Positions 37,847 through 48,142 of a DNA stretch of 63,883 nucleotides are shown piece after piece. A model generated the notes under the pieces. It ran no database searches. It saw only the letters and a list, made by a program, of their open reading frames with translations, and was not told the origin of the DNA. Where the stretch lies: positions 17,298,118 through 17,362,000 of the forward strand of contig JANJGN010000029.1 in assembly GCA_026770705.1 (NCBI GenBank), given 5' to 3'. Within the stretch, counting starts at the first letter, position 1. Every line of letters starts with the position of its first letter. This DNA is from Isurus oxyrinchus (lineage: Eukaryota). Position numbers and translations under genes: made by a program.

Positions 37847-39892
37847 ATGGACTTCAGTAAGGTTTTTGACAAGATCCCACATGGGAGAATGGTGAAAAGG
37901 GTAAAAGCCCATGGGATCCAGGGCAATTTGACAAATTGGATCCAAAATTGGCTTAGCTGCAGGAAGCAGAGGGTGATGGTCGAAAGTTGTTTTTGCGAGT
38001 GGTGTACAACAGGGATCAGTGCTGGGACCCTTGCTGTTTGTAGCTTAATGATTTATTAATGATTTAGATGTGAATATAGGAGGTATGATCAGTAAGTTCG
38101 CAGATGACATGAAAATTGGTGGTGTCATTAATAGTGAGGGGGAAAGCCTTAGATTACAGGATGATATAGATGGGCTGGTAAGATGGGCAGAGCTGAGGCA
38201 AATGGAATTTAATCCTTAGAAGTGTGAGATGATGCATTTTGGGAGGACTAACATGGTAAGGGAATATACAATGAATGGTAGGACACTAGGAAGTACAGAG
38301 GATCAGAGGGACCTTGGTGTACATGTCCATAGATCCCTGAAAGCAGCAGCACAGGTAGATAAGGTGGTTAAGAAGGCATATGGGATACTTGGCTTTACTA
38401 GTTGAGGCATAAAATATGAGCAGGGAGGTTATGTTGGAGCTGTATAAAATATTAGTTAGGCCACAGCTGGAGTACTGTGTGCAGTTCTGATCACCACACT
38501 GAAGGAAGGATGTGATTGCACTGGAGAGGGTGCAGAGGAGATTCACCAGGATGTTGCCTGGGCTGGAGCATTTCAGCTATGAAGAGAGACTGGATAGGCT
38601 GGGGTTGTTTTCCTTAGAGTAGAGAAGGCTGAGGGGGGGGCAGGGGACCTGATTGAGGTATACAAAATTATGAGGGGCATAGGTAGATAAGAAGAAACAT
38701 TTCCCCTTAGCGGAGGTGTCAATAACCAGGAAGCATGGGTTTAAAGTAAGGGGCCAGAGGTTTAAAGTGGATTTGAGGAAAGATTTTTTCACCCAGAGGG
38801 CGGCTGGAATCTGTAACACACCACCTGAGGGGGTGGAGGAGGCAGGAACCCTCACAACATTTAAGAAGTATTTAGATGAGCACTCAAAATGCCATAGCAT
38901 ACAGGGGTACAGGCCAGGCACTGGAAAATGGGATTAGAATAGATAGGTGCTTGATAGTCAGCATGGACATAATGGGCTGAAGGGCCTGTTTCTGTGCTGT
39001 ATAACTCTGTGACTCTAAAACTGAATATTGGTTCAGATGAGTTCCAGAGTCCCAAAGTCAGGGTCCAATGAAGAATTCTTTCACGTAGGCAATTAAGTTC
39101 ATCTGGCTGGAGACCGGTTTTGTAAGATTTTCTTTTCAGGTAGGGTTGAGTTGCAAGGTAAAATGGGCACACAGAGACTCAGTTGGTTCAATAGCAATGG
39201 TAGGAAATTTTCCAGTAGAGTCAGGTTACATGGTCGGTATCCTGCCTGGACAGAGCTGGCTTCATTGTGGCTTGCCAGGTAGATGGTAAAACTGCCTATT
39301 CAGCCCAGAAATATGATATTAAACTGTTCAAAAGGCCAGAGTCTTGGGTCATGTGACCTAGTCCACAATGACTTCAACACAGGATGTTTATTTGGCTTCT
39401 AGAATTTTGCTTTATTTTCAGGACTGATAATGTCTCAGCTATTACAGGTTGAAAGGGGTGTTGAGGGTCTGGTGTTTAGGAAGCCATTGTCTTAGCAAAC
39501 CCACTGATTCTGCCAGCAAGATTGACTTATCAAAGCCAATAGCTCCCTTTGAAATTGGTCTAAACAGTCCCAGGTTGTCTGCTCGCAGCTACTTAGGCAC
39601 AGTGAGGCGTGACAGTTCTGAAAATGAGAATTCTTTTGTTGTAGAGACTGCTGGAGATAATCCCAGGCAGAATGTCAACTATCTTTAGTTGTCTTTCTTC
39701 AGCAGAAAAGTCAAGTTTAAAAATACGAAATAGCGATAAGGATAAAGCTTTTAAATATATACGGTGTTGGGTTTCTGCTCCGCGTTGGAGGAACTGAAGA
39801 ATATGTTAAAAGTTAGTGTTGAATCTGCTTAACCCACCATTTCAGGCAGTGCATTCCACATCAGGAATTAGAAAAAAAAATCTCAATTCTAT

Positions 39893-40508
39893 GGGCAGAA
39901 CGTTGAGCTTGGCGAGCAGGCGGGCACACGACCCCTGACCCAGCCGAGCGTAAAATGACGTGCGATGATGTCGGGCGAGTGTCCCAACGTCGTGGCGTAG
40001 TCCTGAGTTATTTCGATAGGCGGGCACACGCGGGAGTTGACAGCGCGCCTTACGGTGGGCAGGGGGAGGCAAAAACGACCAAGCGACCTTTGCACTTTTT
40101 AGGAAACCTCATCCACGGGTGGGATGAGGTTTCCTGAAGCAGATAAGAACAAAATAAAAATGTTAACACTGGAATTAAAAACATGTCCCTGCCCTTGTGA
40201 CAGAGTCACACGAGGGTCACGTTTTATGAGATTTTTATTTTGTTCATTAGTTTTTTTTTAAACAGCACTTCGTCTCTCTGGGGTTGCTCCGTGCCTCAGG
40301 GAGATTGAAGCACTTTCGCACGCCTGTGCCAAGTTCACGCTCGCCCCCGCCCGCTCTCCTTCCCCCTCCCCCGCCCGCACAGACAGCGCTGAGTGTTGCT
40401 GCTCGCGTTCCATGCTGGGCGGACCGCAATTGGCCCGCCAGCATGAAATCGCGGTGTGTCCCAACCGCGCCCCTGCCAAGCACCCCCGCCAAGGGCAAAA
40501 TCCTGCCC
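39893..40508. mobile_element. Non-autonomous DNA transposon (PIF/Harbinger-like MITE)
   Basis: Imperfect TIRs GGGCAGAACGTTGAGCTTGGCG / CGCCAAGGGCAAAATCCTGCCC; 3-bp TSD TAT; CpG-rich interior. Confidence 0.75.
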
Positions 40509-40806
40509 TATGTTTCTTTTGCTAATGAACTTTAATCTGTCCCCAATGGAAACAGTTTTTCCTACTTAACCTACCAAAACACTTCATCATTGGAACAGTT
40601 TGACTTTTACAACAGGTCCCTTTAAAGATCCAAACATTCCCACTTGTAGCGAGGTCTAATGGGAGACTCTCACACTACTCCCCCACCCCCACTCTTGATA
40701 GGGTTTGGATGGAGACTTTATCCTTAACCTGCACCATTCCTCCTTTCATCCTAGGCACTGTGCAGTGGATACTAATCCCTTGACTCCCTCCAATGTTCTT
40801 TTACAG

Positions 40807-40920
40807 CTCGGAGCAGTGAAAGGAGATGCCTCGCTGGGGAGTATTTTACGTGAGGCACACCCTCCTTCATTCAGCTTCAGTGGGATTCTGGTTGCCAGGA
40901 GACTGACAAAGAATTTGAAG
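40807..40920 (+). CDS. Tctex1-domain gene exon 2 (LGAVKGDASLGSILREAHPPSFSFSGILVARRLTKNLK)
   Basis: Acceptor TTCTTTTACAG, 38 codons, donor AAG|GTGATT, phase 0/0. Confidence 0.65.
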
Positions 40921-41010
40921 GTGATTGAAGATGCACATTTGATGTTAAAGAATTTCCAATTTTCTGTCAAAGCAAGAAACTAACCTTTTTATTTGTTTGT
41001 ACGTCGGAAG

Positions 41011-41073
41011 GAAAGGACAGCTTTGAAACTCGCTGCGAAGAAACCAACAGTCACCAAAATTATAAATGAACAG
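41011..41073 (+). CDS. Tctex1-domain gene exon 3 (ERTALKLAAKKPTVTKIINEQ)
   Basis: Follows a 90-nt intron with a CTAAC branch-point motif and T-rich tract; 21 codons; donor CAG|GTCAGT, phase 0/0. Confidence 0.65.
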
Positions 41074-41104
41074 GTCAGTAATGTTCTCTCTCTCGATATG
41101 AACT

Positions 41105-42410
41105 CAAGAACAAGAAATAGGACCAGCAGTAGACCATATGGTCCTTCAAGCCTGCTCCGCCATTTAATATGATCATGGCTGATCTTGGCTTCAACTCCAC
41201 TCCCTGCCTGCCTGTTCCCCATATCCTTTGATTCCCTGAGCGATCAAAAATCTGTCTATCCCAGCCTTAAAAATATTCAATGATGGGACCATTCACAACC
41301 CTCTGGGGCAGAGAATTCTGAAGATTTACAACCCTTTGAGTCAAGTAATTTCTCCTAATCTCAGTCCTAAATGATCGGACCCTTATCCTGAGACAGCGCC
41401 CCTGAGTTTTAGATTCCCCGACCAGCGAAACATACTCTCAGCATCCATCCTATCAAGCCCCCTCAGAATTTTGTAGGTGCCAATGAGATCACCTCTCATT
41501 CTACTAAACTCCAGAGAATATGGGCTCAATTTACTCAGCCTCTCATCACAGGATAACTCCCTCATCCCAGGGACCAGTTTAGTGAACCTTCACTGTATTA
41601 CCTGCAGCACAAATGTATCTTTTCCTAAACATGGAAAGAGCAGAACTGCACACAATACTCCAGATGTGGTCTCACCAAAACCCTGTATGACTGTAACAAG
41701 ACTTCTTTGTTCGTCTATTCCAATACCCTTGCAATAGAGGCCAACATGCCATTTGCCTTCCTAATTGCTTGCTGTACCTGTATGCTAACTTTTTGTGTTC
41801 CTTGTGCCAGCACACCCAAGTCTCTTTGAACTTCCACACTTACAAGTTTCTCACCTTTTAAAAAATGTTTTCCTTTTCTATTCTTTTGAACAAAGTGAAT
41901 AATTTCACACTTCCCTACATTATAATCCATCTGCCATCTTAACCTGCTTAAGCTTAACCTGTCGATATCTCTTTGCAACTGCTGTGTCCTCCCCATAGTT
42001 TACCTTTCTACCTAACTTTGTATCATCAGCAAACTTTGATACATTACTCTTTGAAATAAAAATAGAAAATGCTGGAAAAACTCAGCAGGTCTGGCAGCAT
42101 CTGTGATGAGAGAATCAGAGTTAACATTTCAAGTCCATATGACTCTTCTTTAGAGCTACATTAGTCTCTGTCTCTTCATCTAAGTCATTAATATAAATTG
42201 TAAATAGCTGAGGCCCCAGCACCGATCCTTGTGGAACTCCACTATTCACTATCTGCCAACTTGAAAGGTTCCAATTTATGCCTGCTCCCTGCTTCTTATC
42301 TGTTAACCAATCTGCTACCATATTACCTTCAATGTCATGCCTATTAATCTTTTGTGTGGCACCTTATCGAAAGTCTTTTTGGAAATTCAGGTGTACTACA
42401 TGTACTGGTT
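41105..42410 (-). mobile_element. CR1 3' fragment with a Penelope tail (42054-42156) inserted
   Basis: [20 protein letters not shown]; the insertion has TSD TACATTACTCTTTG / TACATTAGTCTCTG. Confidence 0.85.
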
Positions 42411-42729
42411 CCCCAACAAGAGTGCTGGTAATCCTCTCTCATCTCTATCTTTGCTGTTACGTTAACTGGTGTCAATCAACCAACTCTCGTTGAATGTATT
42501 CCTGGAAGTTTAATCACATAACCTTCAGCATCCACCTTCCCCAGCCCCAGGTTCTCGCTATTGGTTGCCCATCATTCATGATGCCCCACCTTGCCAAGCC
42601 AATTGGAAAGCAAAAAGACTCTTCATCACCTTTTCATTATCTGTTTGGATGTTTCTTGACTATCAGTCAGGCAGCCTATTTTCCCCATCTCCACATTGTT
42701 AAAAATAATAGACAGAAGAAGTGTTTCTC

Positions 42730-43607
42730 ACAATAGGGTCCAGGAGATTACTCTTCAGTTCCTGCATGGACACTCCAGACCAATCGTGGAGGGTTTGTCT
42801 GGGGGAGAAGGTGGTAATATCACTCCACTAGTAATCCATGGGCCTACCAGTTTAGTAGGACAAAGGACACTGAAACCGTTTTTGAAATCCTTAATGATTG
42901 AAACATTACCAATCTCAAGAATCCAGTCGAAGGAATAGTCATCCATTCTCCAAGTCAAAGTGGAGAGGTGGGTGTCACATGACATCCAAAACAAGCTGGT
43001 GGAACCTGTAATACTGCCTTGGGAAGCAGCAAAGCAGTCTTCCATCTTCTATCAAGCAAGCAGTAGCTCAGGACCCAGAGCTTTTTTGAAGTTGGAATTC
43101 CTGGTCCTAACTATGCTATTTCTACTGGAGCTTCTGAACATCTGTACTCACAACTACAAGACTAATTCATCTCTATGAGCCAACCTCATTGCGGAAGTCA
43201 TCTTTACTGGAAAAGTGGATTATCCAGCATCAGTTTCAGCCTGCTGACTTTGTGAAGGAATACTCTATTGGACTTTAGATTCCACAATCTGGACTCACAT
43301 GAAACAATAATTCTTTATTCTGTGGTTTTTGCCCTTTAAACCCATTTCTGTCTCTATTTCCCCCCTTCTTTCATTGTTATGACCCCTCCTCTCATGTTTA
43401 AGTGTGCACAATTAAACTATCCCTCTGTGTTAACCATATCTCAATTTTGCTGTGGAGTTGTCAATAGAAATCGGATCACACCAAAACTGAGGGGTTGAGA
43501 AAATACGCCACCACTAATAAAGGGGGAAATCAAAATCAAAACACCTTTCTGTTTATGGATGGGAGAAATTAGGGCTGTTTAAATTAATCCCCCTCCTGTC
43601 TGTAACA
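42730..43607 (+). mobile_element. LTR-like element (left boundary approximate)
   Basis: Ends CCCCCTCCTGTCTGTAACA; ~120 bp of visible homology to 29526-29650 in opposite orientation. Confidence 0.45.
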
Positions 43608-43609
43608 AA

Positions 43610-45595
43610 ATGAACATACGAATTAGGAGCAGGAGTAGGCCCTTCGGCCTCTTGAACCTGCCCTGCCATTCAATAAGATCATGGATGATCTAATTCTGGC
43701 ATCAACTCCACATTTCACAAACCCTGATAACCTTTGACTCCCTTGTTAGTCAAGAATCTATCTACCTCTACCTTAAAAACGTCCATTGACCCTACCCCAA
43801 CCTTTCTTTGTGGAAGAACATTCTAAAGATTTGCAACCTTCCGAGAGAAAACTTTTCTTCTCATTTCCAATTTAAATGGGAGACCTCTGATTTTTTAACT
43901 GTGTTCCCTAGTTCTCGTCTCTCGCACAAGGGGAAGCGTTCTTTTAGCATCCACCTTGTCAAGTCCCCTCAGGATCTTGTATGTTTCAATAAAATCACCT
44001 CTCCAATATCCTAATCTCCAATGGATACAGGCCCATCCTGTCCAGCCTTTCCTCATAAGATAACGTCCTCATCCCAGGTATCAGTCGAGTAAGCCTTCTC
44101 TGAATTGCTTCTAATGTGTTTATATCCTTTCTTAAGGCAACCAAAACTGTACACAGTACTCCAGATGTGTCCTCACCAACGGCCTCTACAACTGTAGCAC
44201 AACATCCCTACTTGTATATTCCATTCCCCTTGCAATAAACAATAACATTCCATTTGCCTTCCTAATCACTTGCTGGACCTGCGTGCTAACTTTTTCCTGA
44301 TTCATATACCAGGACACACGGATCCCTCTGTACCTCAGAATTCTACAGTCTTTCTCCATGTAAATAATACACTGCTTTTCTATTCTTCCTGCCAAAGTGG
44401 GCAAGTTCACATTTTCTCACATTATCCTCCAACTGCCAGATTTTTTTGTCCACTCGCTTAACTTATCTATATCCCTTTGCAGAATCCTTATGTTCTCTTC
44501 ACAACTTAATTTCCTACCGACTTTGGTGTCATCAGCAAATTTAGCAACCATACATTCGATCCCTTTATACAAGTCATTGGTGTAAATTGTAAATAGTTGA
44601 GGCCCCAGCACTGATCCCTGTGGCACTCCACTTGCCACATTTTGCCAACCTGAAAACGACTCATTTACTCCTACTCTTTGCTTCCTAATAGCTAACCAAT
44701 CCTCTATCTATGCTAATATGTTACTGCGTACACCATGAGCTCTTATTTTGCATAGTTACCTTTGAGATGGCACCTTGTCAAATGCCTCCTGGAAATCAAA
44801 GTACAACACATCCACAAGTTCCCCTCTATCCATGTTGCTTGTTACTTACTCAAAGAACTCCAATAAATTAGTCAAATATGATCTCCTTTTCACAAAACCT
44901 TGTTGACTCTGCTTGATTACATTGAGATTTTCTAAGTGCCTCGCTATGACATCCTTAATAATAGATTCCAGCAATTTCCCTATTACAGATGGTAAGCTAA
45001 CTGGCCCATAGTATCCAGCTTTCAGTCTCCTTCCCTGAATAGAGGAGTCTGTTTCGCTATTTTCCAATCTTTTCTAGAACCTAAGGAATTTTGGAAAATT
45101 ACAACTAATGCATCCGCTATTTCAGTAGCCACTTCTTTTAAGACCCTAGGATGAAGTCCATCAGGACCTGGGGACTTGTCAGTTTTTAGTTCTAATAATT
45201 TTATCAGTACCCTTTCCCTGGTGATTGTAATTGTTTTATGTTCCTCCCTCCCTTTCATCTCCTGATTCCTGGGATGTTATTTGTATCCTCTATTGTGAAG
45301 ACAGATGCAAAATATCTGTTCAATTCATCCGCCATTTCCTTATTTTCCATTATTAATTCCCCATTCTCATCCTCCAGAGGACCAACATTCACTTTGTTTA
45401 CTCTTTTCCTTCTTAAATACCTGTAGAAACTCTTAGTGTCTGTCTTTATATTCCTAGCTAGCTTTCTCTCGTACTCTAATTTCTCCCACTTTATTAATCT
45501 TTTAGTCATTCTTTGCTATTCTTTATATTCTGTCCAACATTCTGCCTTGCCACTCATCTTTGCGGAATTATATGCTTTTTCTTTCAAGTTGACAC
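43610..45595 (-). mobile_element. CR1 ORF2 3' portion
   Basis: [32 protein letters not shown] and CR1 tail. Confidence 0.88.
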
Positions 45596-46069
45596 TGTTC
45601 GAGGCTGGGGCACCAGAGCAGATGGAGTTTATCCTGCATCGAACAAGTACTACACATCAACCCTGGTTGATGTTAATGCAGGAAGGAGATTGGGGCAGAC
45701 TGAAATTATTCAATCACTGAGCACGACCATCCCTCCCTTGGATGTGCAAAAAGTAAAAATAGGAACAATAGTAGACCATTGAGCCCCTCGAGCCTGTTCC
45801 ACAATTCATTTCGATCATGGGTGATATTTAACTCCATTTACTCACCTTTGCTTTCTCTGCCTTAACCAATAAAAATATTTCAATCTCGGTCCTGAAAGCA
45901 TCAATTGTCCCCCTACATCCACAGCCTTTTGGGGTGGGGGAAGAGAGTTCCAGATGTTCACCACTCTGTGTCGGAAAAAGCACTTCCCGTTATAATATTA
46001 ATGTAACAAATTACGGAGTTGTCTCAATGCAGCAGGAAGTAATCAGCTGGCTTGCTTCTTCATTTCCAG

Positions 46070-46417
46070 GTTCCACCGTTTTCCTCGCAGCCCCCTCAAA
46101 AGTTCTGCACCTTCCGCGTTCGGGGGTTCCTGGAGGAATATTTGCCCAGCAAGCTGCAAGGCATCAGTTACAGCCCTGCCCTCGCTAGCCGACTCGCAAA
46201 AGAGATGAGCGATGAAATTAAGGAGTTTTCGAAGGGGACTCTGCCGCCCAGATACAAGCTGGTGTGCATTGTGACCCTGGGCGAGAAGAACAATGAGAAT
46301 GTTCTGCTGACCAGCCGTGCTCTCTGGGACTGCTACGCAGACACCTTTGTTTCGCACTGTTATGAGAGCGCTGCCATGTTCGGTGTGGCCAGCATCTTTG
46401 CCTTGTACTGCGAATGA
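46070..46417 (+). CDS. Terminal exon encoding a complete Tctex-1 (dynein light chain, TCTEX1D/DYNLT-type) domain
   Basis: Acceptor TTCTTCATTTCCAG, phase 0. Translation has Tctex1 hallmarks: Y...LAKEMSDEIK, PRYKLVCIVTLGE, SRALWD..D, FGVASIFALYCE-stop. Confidence 0.92.
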   Translation, partial: VPPFSSQPPQKFCTFRVRGFLEEYLPSKLQGISYSPALASRLAKEMSDEIKEFSKGTLPPRYKLVCIVTLGEKNNENVLLTSRALWDCYADTFVSHCYESAAMFGVASIFALYCE

Positions 46418-46959
46418 GCAGTTCTTGAGCTAAAAGTGTTAAATTATGCGGATTGATTTTTGTTAAGCAAGGGTATTAAGGGTTACGGAGCCAAGGCAGG
46501 TCGATGGAGCTGAGATCCTGATCAGCCGTGATCTAACTAAATGCTAGAGCAGGCTCGAGGGGCTAAATGGCCTCCTCCTGTTCCTCCCCTGTTTTCTGAA
46601 TGTCTGCTTGTCAAATGAAGAGGTGAAAGTGTTCTGACAATAGCGCTGAACCACAGGCTGGGTTGGGTTGCGGGGTTGTAGATGGAAGCTGGAGCTGGAA
46701 CAGAGCTGAGAGCTTTCTGCTTCTGATTGTGACCTATCCCCCATCTCATTGCAGGATTTCTCTCTCAATGGCTCAGTATACCCAGTCAATGATTTTCCCA
46801 GAGCCAAATGTAAGGCCATCAGCCTGCCAGGATGATAGGAGCATGAACAGGAGGATGCCATTTAGGCACACACCACCCCAACCACCATCCCACATCCCCC
46901 CCACCCCAAACCGCAACCCCCCCCCCCCCGCCCACCCACCGCCCCCCAAGCCTGTTTCC

Positions 46960-47720
46960 CCCATTCAGTGAGATCATGGCTGATCTGTGGCCTAACTGTA
47001 CTTTGCCCCACATCCCTTCACACCTTTAATTAACAAAAATCTATCAATCTCAGTTTTAAAAGTAACAACCGATTAAACATCAATTTCAGCTTGGCGACTA
47101 GGGTTTCAAATTTCTACCACCCTGTGAAGAATGTTTCCAAATTTCACTCCTGAAAGCTTTGGCTCTAATTTTACACTGTGCCACCTAGTCCTGGACCCCC
47201 CCAAAGAGTCGGGGGATAGTTTTTCTCTATCGACCCTCCCTGTTCCCCCAAAGATCTTGAAAACTCAAATCACCCCTCAACATGGCAGAGAATACTAACC
47301 TATTTTGTGCAAGCTCTCCTCGTGGTTTAACCTTTGGAGTCCAGCTATCATTCTAGTAAATCTACACAGCATGCCCTGAAAGGTCAAAATATCCTTCCTA
47401 AGGTGTGGAGCCCAGAACTGCTCTCAGTACTCGGGTCTGGTCTAACCAGGGTTTGTGTAGCTGAAGCATGACCTCTACCCCCTTGTATTCCAGTCCTCTC
47501 AATATAAAGGCCAGCATCCCATTCACCTTTTTGATTATTTTCTGTACCTGATCAACACATTTTAATGATCTGTGTACCTGGATCCTCAAATCTCTTTGGA
47601 CCTCCACTATGTCCAGCTTTTCACCATTTACCCTGTCCTATCCTTTTATAGATCCGAAGTGGATGCCCTCACATTTGCCTACATTGAAACCCATTTGCTA
47701 CATCATTAACACATTCAGTT
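46960..47720 (-). mobile_element. CR1 3' fragment
   Basis: EVQRDL.IQVHRSLK, NGMLAFI.RGLEYK. Confidence 0.75.
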
Positions 47721-47867
47721 AATTTATTGTCCTGGAATGAAGACTGGGGACTTGCAACAAACAACCTAGGGGATAAAATCACAGGGGAACATTCAAAACC
47801 AAAAGTCTGCATTTGTTTCATTTTTCTTTGAACACGTTCATGAGTTATCTGAGATGGGGAAATAACA

Positions 47868-48142
47868 AAACAAAAACAGAATTACCTGGAAAAACTCAGC
47901 AGGTCTGGCAGCATCGGCGGAGAAGAAAAGAGTTGACGTTTCGAGTCCTCATGACCCTTCGACAGAAGAAAAGAGTTGACGTTTCGAGTCCTCATGACCC
48001 TTCGACAGTTCTGTCGAAGGGTCATGAGGACTCGAAACGTCAACTCTTTTCTTCTCCGCCGATGCTGCCAGACCTGCTGAGTTTTTCCAGGTAATTCTGT
48101 TTTTGTTTTGGATTTCCAGCATCCGCAGTTTTCTTTGTTTTT
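47868..48142. mobile_element. Young palindromic Penelope mini-insertion with three hammerhead motifs
   Basis: Perfect 14-bp TSD ATGGGGAAATAACA (47854-47867, 48143-48156); arms meet at CTTCGACAG-TT-CTGTCGAAG; 43-bp unit duplicated at 47921-47963 and 47964-48006. Confidence 0.92.
48007..48045 (+). ncRNA. Minimal type I hammerhead ribozyme-like motif (core variant CUGUCGA)
   Basis: AGUU-CUGUCGA-A-GGGUC/GACUC stem II-GAAA-CG-UC-AACU; palindromic ACGU in place of stem III, as described for PLE hammerheads. Activity untested. Confidence 0.7.

Larger units (their letters stand above)
29830..39015 (+). mobile_element. Near full-length degenerate CR1 LINE (ORF1 esterase-like, ORF2 APE-RT), interrupted by the Penelope palindrome
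   Basis: 5' GAGCAGAGCGGGGCT repeats; VLVHIGTDDIGRK (ORF1); CIYFNARS (APE); PGNYRPVSLTS and MDFSKVFDKIPH (RT); CR1 3' tail near 39000. Confidence 0.88.

Noticed and set aside
39449-39760. Possible extra Tctex1 exon (RLLEIIPGRMST...)
   Set aside because: No convincing donor before the stop, and it seems to lie in the LTR-like remnant.
39893-40535. CpG-rich patch with ORFs, resembling a gene promoter or exon
   Set aside because: Bounded by TIRs and a TSD; it is a MITE.
47921-48060. Short repeated palindromic units resembling a CRISPR array
   Set aside because: No unique spacers, no cas genes, eukaryotic context; explained by duplicated Penelope tail motifs.
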